From: Moniliella sp. 'wahieum'
Lineage: Eukaryota
Length of the DNA stretch: 51,304 nucleotides
Assembly: GCA_003971905.1 (NCBI GenBank)
Contig: RSEE01000070.1
Coordinates: 310,001-361,304, forward strand
Reading direction: 5' to 3'
This document shows, piece by piece, positions 25,503-36,476 of this stretch. The stretch's first letter is position 1, and each line of letters begins with the position of its first letter. The position numbers were made by a program, and so were the translations under genes. The notes beneath the pieces are model-generated. The model did not search any database. It was not told the DNA's origin and saw only the letters and a program-made list of their open reading frames with translations.

Positions 25503-26902
25503 TGTCACATGTCACACCATGCATATCACACCTGACATGTGACATGCATGTGACACGGGATATTAGCGTGACTGGTATTTCCACTATTGAATGTTAATGC
25601 ATTGATGCAATGGATGAGTCGATGAGAAAGAGGATCGAGTCGCGTTGCTTTGGGAATGTTGGGCAGAGTTGAAAGATAGTGGCATACCGCGCGTATCAGA
25701 GCAAACCTGAGCGCCTGAGCAAACTTGAGCAAACCTGAGCAAACATGATGCATGAGCAAACATGAGCGCATGAGCAAACCCATATGGACCGACCCCTGCA
25801 AAGAGCACGTCCATGCGTCTCTCGTCAGCGCGTCAGGCAGGCCCCTCAGTTCAGTGCGCTCACCCGCTCAGCCGGGGCAGGTGGTCACCGGCACCGCCGG
25901 TCACCGGCCCGGCTAACTCTGGGACCTGAGGTCATGAAGGCGCTGGCGCACGATGCATAGCTGGTACTAGTGGTTCCTGAGGTACTAGCTTCTTCGTACT
26001 AGGTACTGAGGGTTAGGTACTAGGTACTGAGTTAATACGTTAACTACGTTAAACGTTAAACGTTAACTGCCGGTATGCCCCCGATGTGCGGCGGTGCCGG
26101 CGGTGACCCAGTGACCTCCTCGCACTGGTGCAACCAGCACCTGAGTCTGTAGCCGCACAACAATGCCATGTCCCACCCGCTTTACCTAGCTATGTCACAT
26201 GTCAGGCCGCAGGCCTCAGGGCCTCAATCGCCAGCTGCTGGTCGTTGTGCGGCTAGAAGGATGATCGATGATCGATGATCGCTGGGTTTGACCTGCTTTC
26301 TTGAGGTCTGAGGCCTGGCTGGGGGGCAGAGGTCTTCTCAGGGACACACCTGTCACTGTGACCTGGGCTACGTTGGCCCGTTTTGAGAGCTACGGTCAGT
26401 ACGTCAGTCGCGGCATCGCCCCAGTGTAGCTTTCAGGCTCGGGCTGTCTTGAGAAAGAGGGATGTGCGGGGACGTGGGGTCCAGGAGGGTGTGGGACCAG
26501 AAAGCTTGAAACCAACCATGCATCATGCATCAAACCAGTCTTGTGCTCTCTGGTTGCCCAATGCCCGCGAGCCTGTCCCTTTTCGTTCGAGTTTGAGCAA
26601 CTCTAGCCGGCAGTGCCTCGAGTTTCGACTCCGAGCTGCGAGCTCAGGCGCTCAGGCGCTCAGGCTTCCGTTGGCGCCAGGGCACTTGTGCCTCGGCAAC
26701 GGGTGATTATCCTATGTCTCGGCAGAAGACGTTCCCGGTGCACAACGACAAATCGGTCTCACCGGTTACACCTGTCACCCATGTCACGGCTCTATACTCC
26801 GACCCTCTTCTCCAACGAGGATGGGGGGGGGAGGGCGTGGGGTTGCTGTGGAAGGTTGAGACGTTGGGACCGAGGCCTGAGGCCTGAGGCCCTGAGGGCC
26901 TG
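25503..26902. repeat. dense cluster of palindromic 7-bp-type arrays with many different cores
   Basis: TGTCACA/TGTGACA 25503-25555; TGAGCAAAC-type 25699-25780; GGTCACC 25883-25907; GTAC and TAAACGT 25963-26067; GATGATC 26260-26281; CATCATG 26518-26532; TCAGGCGC 26642-26665; CCTGAGG 26872-26902. Confidence 0.9.
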
Positions 26903-27275
26903 GGGGACCAACCCCAGATCATCCATGTCCATCATTATCGATCATCGTTGGGCAGGTACACGCCATCACACATGCAGCACATGGCACTCGCTCGTTGACC
27001 CTTCCGTTGGCCTGCTACAGTCGGCGCGTCTTTTTTTCTCACACTCGCCGTTTGCTGCGCTAGAGTTGTTCGAGGAACCATTGGCCTCCACAGGCACACG
27101 TCTATATCGGCAGAGCAGGCTGCGTTCTCAGCTGCTCAGCTCAGCCTGGTAAGATATGAGACTGGATTGAATGAGCTGCCCATATATATGGACTGGCAAT
27201 CACCGCCTGGAACCAAATTGTATCCCCTCTTTCCCTTTCGCCCTTTCCTAAGCGCCCAAAAAGCCCCCTCTCGTC

Positions 27276-29420
27276 ATGGCTACGTTTGGCGGCAATCTCG
27301 CGGGCCTCGCCCTCTCGGAGCCTGCACCTGGCCGCGACGATCTCGTCCACGCTATTGCCCAGGAGGACCGTGTGTTCGACGACTACAAGGGCGACTCATC
27401 GGCCTCCAACAACTTGAACACCTATAACGAATTGGTCTACCCCAACAATGGCGCTACTCTCGAGGAGTACATGTACTGGGCCCGAGTCCAACGTGAGGAG
27501 GAACGCCAAGAGGAGCTCAAGGGCCATGGAGCCATCTCGTCCACGTTTGTGGACGTGTTCGTCGGCATGTACCGCAAGTCGCGCTGGCTGAAACGAAAGC
27601 CTGCTCGTGCCGAGGCTACTATTGCCGAAAACGCTGAGGTGGATGAAAACGGCTACCCTGTCGAAAAAAGTAATGGCAAGCCGGAGACGCTCACCGCCGA
27701 CCTCTCCACCCCCCAGTTGGAGGGCATTACCGACCCCAAAACGCTCGAAGGCCTTACCACTGCCCGCACTATGCGCATTGCAAGTGCGACTAGTGTCTTC
27801 TTCCTGATTACCACTGATATTCTCGGCCCTAGCTCGGCTCCTTATGGTATGAGTCAAAACGGCTGGGCTCAAGGCAACATTCTCTTCTTTGTGTTTGGCG
27901 CCGCGGCCGCTGTGGCTGCTTTCGCCATTCAATGGCTTTTCCTCCGACTCGACTCGACTCGCTTCCCTATCAAGACGTACGGTGACATTGGCCACCGTCT
28001 CATGGGTCCGTGGATGCGCCACGTCATTTCTTTCCTCCAGTTTATTCAGCTTATCGTCAACTGCGGTCTACTTGTGCTTGGTAACGGTCAGGCTCTGGTC
28101 CAGATTCTTCACCAGTACCACCGCAAACTTTGTTTCAGTGTCTGCGTGGTCATCTTTGCGATCATTGGCATGATCCTTGCTCAGAGTATGTTAAGTTTTG
28201 GTGATCCCCACGGTACAGACACTTTGTTACCCACAGCGTACTGACTCATTCTCTTCGTTTCTCCTTTCAGTCCGGTCCCTCCGCGGCCTCGGGTTGATGT
28301 CTAACTTGTCTACCGTTCTGAACTGGGCCATTTGCATTATCAGGTACGCTCTTCCTGCTGCGAGTACTTATCGGGTCAAGCTTAACCATTTTCTTGCCTT
28401 TTGTCCACAGTATGGTCGTCATCAAGATCAAGGGGTACAACGTCAGCACCGTCGCCATCCAGCTGGAAAAAACAGACAGTTGGGTGGAGGTCCATCCCGC
28501 TGTTACAACCACCTGGCCTCACCTTGACATTTCGGACCAAATCCAAGGTGTCAACCTGCTTATTTTTGCCTACGGTGGTGCCATGATCTTCCCTGAACTG
28601 TTGTCTGAGATGAAGCAGCCCAAATCGTTCTGGAAGGGCTGCTGCATTGCCCAGCTTGTTATTTACGTTGTCTACGTTGTTTACGCATGTGTCATCTACA
28701 GCGGAGGTACGCATTGCCTCTCCTCTTTTTGCCCCCTGCTGTCAAATGTACTGACCCTTGAAAATTGCTTCAGCCGGCCAATACTCTCTGTCGGTCGGGT
28801 ACCAGATTATGGCAGAAGGCGCCCCTCTGACAGTGTGCAACATCTTCAGTATCATCACTGCTGTTGTGGCTGCTGCTATTTACGGTAACGTCGGCGTTCG
28901 CGTGGCGTACGTGAGTGTGCTGGAAGACATTTTCCGATTCCCTTCCATCTTTACTCGGGCTGGACGCGTGATCTGGTGCGTGTGGGCCGTTTTCTTCTGG
29001 GCACTTGCGTTTATCATTGGTTCGGCCATTCCCCAGATCAACTCGCTCTCGGGTCTTATCTCGGCCATTGCGATCTGCAACTTTTCCTACACATTCCCCT
29101 TCCTCTTTGTTTTCGTTTGGCTGGTCCATGCCGATGCTATGGCAGCCGATGGCGAGTGGACCCCCTACAGCGGCAATATTCGCGTTGACCACTGGACCCA
29201 ATGGAGCCGCTTGCGCCGCGGCTTGTTTGGTGGCGGCATGTACCGATTGCCCCTGGGCGTTAAGCTGCCCGCCTGGCTGGTCAAGTGGTTCGTATTCACC
29301 CTCTCTGGGCGGCCTAACCATGTCGGGCTTGGGTCTCTACGCCGCTGCCATCACCCTCCGCACCGCCTTTGAGGGCAGCGGTGCCACCGCCACCTCCTTT
29401 GGGTTGCTGCCACTGTCTAA
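27276..29420 (+). CDS. neutral amino-acid permease (Aa_trans / Mtr-like family)
   Basis: LEEYMYWA, VFFLITTDILGPSSAPY, IKTYGD, FAYGGAMIFPELLSEMKQP, IYGNVGVRVAY, FSYTFP; introns ~28186-28270, 28344-28410, 28707-28773. Confidence 0.9.
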
Positions 29421-30770
29421 AGTGGTATTGTTCGCTTGCCTTTTGTGATTCCCCTCTGGCGACGGATTGCTTCTGTTGATCAATAGCAGTAACGAAGAAT
29501 GATCCCGATGAGACGCCCACATGATGTACACAAGGCTTGCAGTAGTTTTCTTTTACTCAACGAAGATAGAGAACTCTGACCCTCTCCACTGCAATAAGTT
29601 GTTACGGGGAGCTCCGGTTATCTCGGGACGCTGATGAGTTCCGTATGTCGTATAGACATCACGTCCAAACACGCCTCAGTCCCGTTAGACTCGCAAGAGA
29701 GCCAGAAGGAGCCTTATCCATGCCGCCGATACTGTCCGCGGAGAGCCAAGGGCGAACTGGACTTATACAGTACGAACCTTCATATCTGCGGTGCCCGGTC
29801 TTGGCAGAACCCCTCATCTACTGCGGCTCACCGGATCGCAGCCGTTTGGCAGAACAGGCCTCCCTTTGCCTCTTACAGTACATTCCGTTTATACCTGTCT
29901 TGAGGCACGTGAGGTTTGGTTCTTTCTGCATATACGCAGCCATGTATAAAAGGCTTATACTCTCTGTGATCATTATCGACCATCATATCGTTGGTGCCCT
30001 CGATTTCCCGTTCCTCTCTATCCCTTCTGTGACCTTCTACCACCCTTACGAATTTATGACTCATGTCGAGTACGCTATACAAGCCGCGGTTACTCTCATC
30101 AGTAGCACTTGCACTTCTTTAAGATCTGTCTGTGCCCGCCTGCTACAGCGTACCGATGAGAGTGTAGTAACGCTTCGATGAACAGCGTGGCCAACTTCGA
30201 AGATCCTGGATCCCTTCAACTGTGGTCTAAAAGTACGCGACTCCTACCTCGGACGGTCTGACCTGCAGCCTTTGCACACAGGCAGCCACGCAAACTAGAG
30301 GGTCTCTCCCCCTCGCCTCTACACCCCCTCGGTTCAACCCGGATCTCTGTAGCAGGACCTAGTACCGTGCGAGACACCGGTTGGCCTGTCCAAGGGTTTA
30401 TACCTCTAAATTACTGGGGTAGGCCCCACCTCGGGACTCCCCTCATGACCAATTTCGTGCTTGGACTGACGGATACACAGTGTGCCATATAAATCCCACA
30501 GATCGACAATCATTGACTCACAACCCACTACTTTAATTGGAAACTCAGCGTAGCGACGTGCGACGGTAGGCAGAAACCAGAAGCAGATGAGCGAGACCGA
30601 GGTAACGAGTTGACTGAAGAGGCAGCGGCCAGAGGGAAAAACAGAGGAATTTACCAGCGGTGTCTCTACTATACAAGAGCAGCGGCCTACAAGTATGGAC
30701 GGGCTTCATTGAACTGTTCCACCGTCTACTGATCTCTCGCCGCCTTGGTACTAGTAGCCACCCTTCCTGA

Positions 30771-30846
30771 TATATCGTGGAGAAAGAAAATTCGTGTATC
30801 GTGGAGACAGACAATTCGTATACCGTGAAGACAGACAGACAATTCG
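30771..30846. repeat. 24-bp tandem repeat x3
   Basis: tatatcgtggagaaagaaaattcg / tgtatcgtggagacagacaattcg / tataccgtgaagacagacagacaattcg. Confidence 0.85.
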
Positions 30847-30937
30847 TTTCGTTCGCAGCAGAAAAGGAAGAAGTCGAAGAGGGGAAGAGAAGAAAGCGAA
30901 CAAAGGCAAGCGCGAGAGAGGTAGCCTGAGAACGTAT

Positions 30938-32957
30938 TTACAAACCAAGGGCTTGGCGAAGGAAGGGAACGCCGAGGAAGCTCTCCAGCTTTCCGATCTC
31001 ACCGTTGAGCAGGGTGTTTTCAAGAACGTTCTCCAAAGCCGTAATGCCTGCACGAGGGAGAAAGGAAAATTCACAAGTAGGTCAGACTCACATGGTTCAC
31101 AGTATTGTCCCCGAGGCAGGGGTAGAAAATATAAAAACGTACCAATCTTGTCGTCAATGTTCTTAACAAGGTGCATGAGCTTCTGGAGCACACCATCCGG
31201 GAACTGTCCGTTGACGAGACCAAGCCCCATGTCGAGCTTCGTCAGGCCAGCATCCTGCTTGAGTTGGGCCTGCATACAATTGCGTCAGTAACCTATTGCT
31301 GTTGTGAAAACGAGAGGGAGAGACGGGTGGAAACGTACCAGAGATCCTCCAAGCTGAGCATCGATGGCGTCCAGGGCGGGAGTAATGCCGAGACCCTGCT
31401 CGATAAGGGCGACGACATGGCCAACGGTCTGGATCAAGCCAGGGGCAGGGGCGGTGGCCGGACTAGGGCCAGCGCTCGGGGAAGGTTTAGCGGCCGAAGT
31501 AGGGGCAGCGCTCGCAGAAGGTACGGCCGCCGAAGTAGGGGCAGCGCTCGCAGACGGCACGGGGGCTGAAGTAGTGCCAGCGGTCACGGAAGGTACGGCG
31601 GCCGAAGTAGGGACAGCGCTGGCGGAGGGTACAACGTCCGAAGTAGGGACTGCACTCGCGGAAGGTACGGTGACCGCGCCAGTGGGAGCGCTAGCGGTAG
31701 GTACGGCGGCCGAAGTTGGGACAGCACTCGCGGAAGGTACAACGACCGAAGTAGGGACAGCGCTGGCGGAGGGTACAACGTCCGAAGTAGGGGCAGCGCT
31801 CGCGGAAGGTACAGTGACCGCGCCAGTGGGAGCGCTAGCAGTAGGTACGGCGGCCGAAGTTGGAACAGCACTCGCGGAAGGTACGACAGCCGAAGTAGGA
31901 ACTGCGCTCGCGGAGGGTACCACGTCCGAAGTAGGGACTGCGCTCGCGGAAGGAACGACGGCCGAAGTAGGAACTGCGCTCGCGGAGGGTACCACGTCCG
32001 AAGTAGGGACTGCGCTCGCGGAAGGAACGACGGCCGAAGTAGGAACTGCGCTCGCGGAGGGTGCAACGTCCGAAGTAGGGGCAGCGCTCGCGGAAGGCAC
32101 AGTGACCGCGCCAGTGGCAGCGCTAGCGGTAGGTACGGCAGCCGAAGTTGGGACAGCACTCGCGGAAGGTACAACGACCGAAGTAGGGACAGCGCTGGCG
32201 GAGGGTACAACGTCCGAAGTAGGGACTGCACTCGCGGAAGGTACGGTGACCGCGCCAGTGGGAGCGCTAGCGGTAGGTACGGCGGCCGAAGTTGGAACAG
32301 CACTCGCGGAAGGTACGACAGCCGAAGTAGGGACAGCGCTGGCGGAGGGTACCACGTCCGAAGTAGGGACTGCGCTCGCGGAAGGAACGACGGCCGAAGT
32401 AGGAACTGCGCTCGCGGAGGGTGCAACGTCCGAAGTAGGGGCAGCGCTCGCGGAAGGCACAGTGACCGCGCCAGTGGCAGCGCTAGCGGTAGTACGGCAG
32501 CCGAAGTTGGGACAGCACTCGCAGAGGGTACGGCGGCCGAAGTAGGGACAGCGCTCGCGGAGGGTCCGGCGCCCGAGCCCGCACCAGCGCTCTGGGAAGG
32601 TCCAGCGGCCGAGGTAGAGCCGTTGCCCGCAGAAGGTCCGGCGCCCGAGCCAGTACCAGCGCTCGGGGAAGGTCCAGCGGCCGAAGTAGTGCCGTTGCCC
32701 GCAGAAGGTCCGGCGGACGAACCAGCGCCAGCGCTCGGGGAAGGTCGAGGGGGCGAAACAGTGCAATTGCCCTCAGAAGGTCCGGCGGACGAACCATCAG
32801 TGCCATTGCGGCGCTGCAAGTCAAACGTGTTGGTGATGTCGTACTGCAGCGTGTTGCGAACCATCATGTCGTTGCCCATCGAGGGGCGGTCCAGAGGAAT
32901 TGCAGTGGCAGCCGTGGCGGCAAGGACGGTAGCGAAGGCGACAGTAAATAACTTCAT
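30938..32957 (-). CDS. secreted Ser/Thr/Pro/Ala repeat protein with a duplicated amphipathic C-terminal domain
   Basis: signal peptide MKLFTVAFATVLAATAATA, LQRR dibasic site, NGT/NGS sequons, ~35 12-aa repeats; introns ~31271-31338 and ~31048-31143 give an end of ...GVPFLRQALGL*. Confidence 0.8.
31480..32745 (-). repeat. 36-bp coding minisatellite (VPSASAVPTSxx / VPTASAPTGAVT / AGPSxxxGxxSx)
   Basis: directly visible period-36 repeat. Confidence 0.95.
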
Positions 32958-33064
32958 CTTCGGCAATCCGCAATGTGTTGCTCAAAGGGCGAGAAAAGGT
33001 GGTAAGGAAAGGAGAGGGCGTGTGTGGGTTGGTGGGGAAAGAGAGGGAAGGGTCGATGGGATCC

Positions 33065-33072
33065 TTATATAA
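33065..33072 (-). promoter_or_regulatory. putative TATA box of the secreted repeat protein gene
   Basis: TTATATAA ~110 bp upstream of ATG 32957. Confidence 0.45.
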
Positions 33073-33537
33073 CCCACACTTTTCTCACCTTGCTGGGATC
33101 TATGGCTGCTGATAGTCTTGCCAAGAGAAGCATCTGATCCTTCTGATGCCACGAAGAAGTACAGTACGATGTAATGATTAATGACTGATGCTACCCCCCA
33201 GATCACCTAACCATGTAATTCACATTCTTTCACGCTCTTCAACCCTTAATGGATCTCTGATCTTCTGATGTACCTGCCTGGCATTACCGGTATTATATAG
33301 AGCGGATTCAGTAATACTTTTATGTACTAGTACATGATGGCAGGTGGAGGAAGTGAGACTACATGCATTACAGAACCCCTTTTTTTCACAACATTGGTCA
33401 CCTATTTCCCTCCCGAACATCTGTGCCACTCTTATTGACAACCTCAATGCGGGGACAGAGCAATCCGCTCTGCGGAGGTACGGTTCCGAATATGGATGTC
33501 CAATGATCTGCTGATCTCGATGTGCCATGTGACCTTC

Positions 33538-33610
33538 TGTCACATGTCACATGTCACATGTCACATGTCACTGTGGTAACACTTTACGCGTTACGCGTTA
33601 CGCGCGTTAC
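33538..33610. repeat. 7-bp palindromic arrays (TGTCACA x~5, TTACGCG x3)
   Basis: tgtcacatgtcacatgtcacatgtcacatgtcac...ttacgcgttacgcgttacgcgcgttac. Confidence 0.95.
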
Positions 33611-34390
33611 TTCCGCGCAACCATTTAGTGATGTGACAAAACAAGGATAATCGATAAGAATGGCGAATGACTGGAATAGTCCTTTAAAAACAGCCATCGG
33701 CCTATACTGATACACCTTGTGATGTGCATTGTATCGGACGTACTCGCGTCTCACATCTTGCAGTCCAAGTCTCAACAGGTCTCAGATATCATCGATCATC
33801 GATCATCCCTTTTCTTTCTGTACTGTCCTTCTTCGGTCGATCTCGATGATGAATCATTAATCAAGCTTCAAGTTTCACGCTTCACGTCGCAGATCTCATT
33901 AACATAACAGCACCAGAAGCAGAGGCGCGTGCATCACAAGTAATGCCCTTTTCTAACCCCCGCGATCCCATAGACTGCGGGGTACAGCGGCAGCAGTGGG
34001 ACAGCCTAACAGTCTCCCGCTTCCTACTACAGTGTTCAAAGAAGGCATTACCTCTACATCATTTTGGGCATTGGATAAACACATTGAAAAATCGCTCCAT
34101 GAAGACGCACACGTCCGAGATATCATAAGGATGCACACTTCCTACTGTGGGCGACGAGTGCACGATCAATAGACTTCAATAGTCCCACCCAGAGCACGTT
34201 CACAGGCTCAGCTCAGATCCCGAAAGCGAAGACAGATTTTCACCACTGTTGCTCGTCTTCATAGTTACGCGCTAACGAAATGCAAAAACGCGTAACATGT
34301 TAACACCGATTGATAGTGATAGTGACAGTACCAGTGGTTGGCTCTCCATAGAAACTGGTGCTATATGTTTTCGCAAGGAGAGCCCACCAA

Positions 34391-34891
34391 AAGCTTCAAG
34401 GGGAGGATGCCATAGACGAAACTGAAAAAATGTGATAGGAGTGAGTAGGGTCTAAATTCTCATGAGTACCATGAGTGCATGAGAACTATTTGATAATCGA
34501 TCACTATGCTTGCACGACCAGCATGTTGCTCAATGAGATCGACATGGAAGATGAAACGATGGTGTGGCTTTAAGTACTACTAGACAAGAAGACCACCGGG
34601 CCTACGGCTCGGTCGTCAAGCTTCAAGCTTCAAGGGGAGGATGCCATAGACGGAACTGAAAAAATGTGATAGAGAGCGAGTAGGGTCTAAGTTCTCACGA
34701 GTACTGCGTACGTTGAACGTTGAGTACTGAGTACTGAGTACTGAGTACTGAGTACGAGTACTGAGTACTGAGTGCATGAGATCTGAGATCTGAGAAACTA
34801 TTTGATCATCGATCACCACGCTTGCACATCCAGCATGTTTGCTCTCTGGCTCGACATGGGAGATGAAAACGATAGTGCGGCTTTATAGTAT
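34391..34891. repeat. diverged tandem duplication (~190 bp copy 1 at 34391-34577; expanded copy 2 at 34618-34891)
   Basis: both copies share aagcttcaaggggaggatgccatagacg(a/g)aactgaaaaaatgtgatag...agtagggtctaa...ctatttgat...cagcatgtt...tcgacatgg. Confidence 0.92.
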
Positions 34892-35083
34892 TCAGGCATG
34901 TGTTCCCACATATACTTCTGTTTCAGCGTTGTCAAGGAAAGAACTCAATATCCTGACGGAGAGGCATGGTGCATCGATGGGAACTTGGCCCTCCTCCAGT
35001 GTAAGCGCCGTCGAGACGCGTCTCACTCGTCAATAAAGGTCGTCAACAGTGCCGATCCGGGAACGGGGGGATACATGATTCAT

Positions 35084-36476
35084 GATGATCGATGATCGAT
35101 GATCGATGAACTAATTCCCTGGTCTTTAAGCTTTAGTTGAATTGTTGGCTGGACCTGCTTGGTATTAGGGCCCGGCCCAGCGGTGGCCAGTTGTAATAAC
35201 GCGTAATGCATAACGTAACGCGTAACGCTCCAATAACAGGAAAAAGAACAGCGGAAAGAACAGGAGAGAACAGCAAAGGAACTGGTGGTCTCGATGATGC
35301 GATGATGCATGCCAGGGGTGTTAAGCTTTAAGCTTCAAGCTTCAAGCTTCGACATGGTGGCGAGGCCAAGTGTTGCGACGGTGACTGGCTTCACCGGTCG
35401 CGGTGCACTTCCGGCCTCAGGCCTCATTAATCATTAGCCCCGAGGCTCCGCGGGCTCCGAGGACTGCTGACGCGGCGTACTCGCGTAAGCCAACGACTAG
35501 TAGCCTTCTCCTGTAGCCCTGTCCTGCTTCCTACCACCAACGCCTATCTCTCGCCCGCGATCGATTGCCTACGCTACTGTCCAAAACGCTTCAGCATCCA
35601 TATCCATTGCGGTTGCCATAGCCGAGTGGACCAGGACGTCGCTACACAAGTCGGAATTGATGCAGATCTAGTGACCGCGACAGGACCACTGCGACATGTG
35701 ACCAGAACTGGCGAGAAACAATATCGTAAGTGCATCGCATACGGTACCACACTTCAAGCTTCAAGCTAACGTTCAACGTTCAACGTACTCAACCTCGGTC
35801 GACGGCGATCAACGCGCCACCGAGCGTGTTGTGCTGACGCGCTGACCATAAATGAGACCATAGGTCAACAAATATGAGTTCACGCGTTCACGTTCATGCT
35901 ATATTTTCCGACATTCCTGAGGCCTTGCATCTATCAAATGTCTGCCAGAGATGTGTTGCTATGCATGTTACATGCTACACTGAGAGTCATTTTATACGGA
36001 GAATGGGCCCATAATCACGAAATGATTGAGTGCGGGGTGTGATTGTGACAATTATGTAACATTTTTCTCTATGGAGAGCCTAGCCCACCACACTTCAATA
36101 ATTCTCTGGAAGATCCATAAAGAAGTGTGAAGCAAGAGTACTCATTGGAATCATAGTGTAGACACATTCCCCAGATTCCGCTTCTTTGATAATCGAAATG
36201 ATCTATGTGAGCTTAGCGCGCGCTTAGCGCTTAGCTGGGCTTGCCACCCAATTCGCTTTCTCTCTATGTCGAACTCGTTCTGTGGGTGACATGGTGACAG
36301 GCTGTGGTTATGTTTCTTTGCAACGGATCATGAAACGGAATTGCTATAATTAACCCTGTCCCAGCCTTAACCTCTGTCAATGATATGGATGCAAAAAGAT
36401 AGGCGAAACTGACAAGTAACGCGTATAACATGTGGATCTATCTTTGGTATATATGCATGATGCATGATGCATGATG
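35084..36476. repeat. cluster of 7-bp palindromic arrays
   Basis: GATGATC 35084-35109; TAACGCG/TAATGCA 35197-35227; AAGCTT 35321-35350; CCTCAGG/AATCATT 35413-35437; AAGCTT/AACGTT 35752-35793; GCTTAGC 36211-36235; ATGCATG 36453-36476. Confidence 0.9.

Noticed and set aside
24168..26018. Isolated TTAGG(G)/GGGTTAGG motifs as interstitial telomere repeats
   Set aside because: Single copies only, with no tandem array.
31364..32545. 393-aa plus-strand ORF (AEVGTALAEG repeats)
   Set aside because: It is the antisense shadow of the coding minisatellite; the signal peptide, introns and TATA box support the minus strand.
31480..32745. 36-bp repeat resembling a CRISPR array in unit length
   Set aside because: The units are contiguous with no unique spacers, are in frame within a signal-peptide protein, and the context is eukaryotic with no cas genes.
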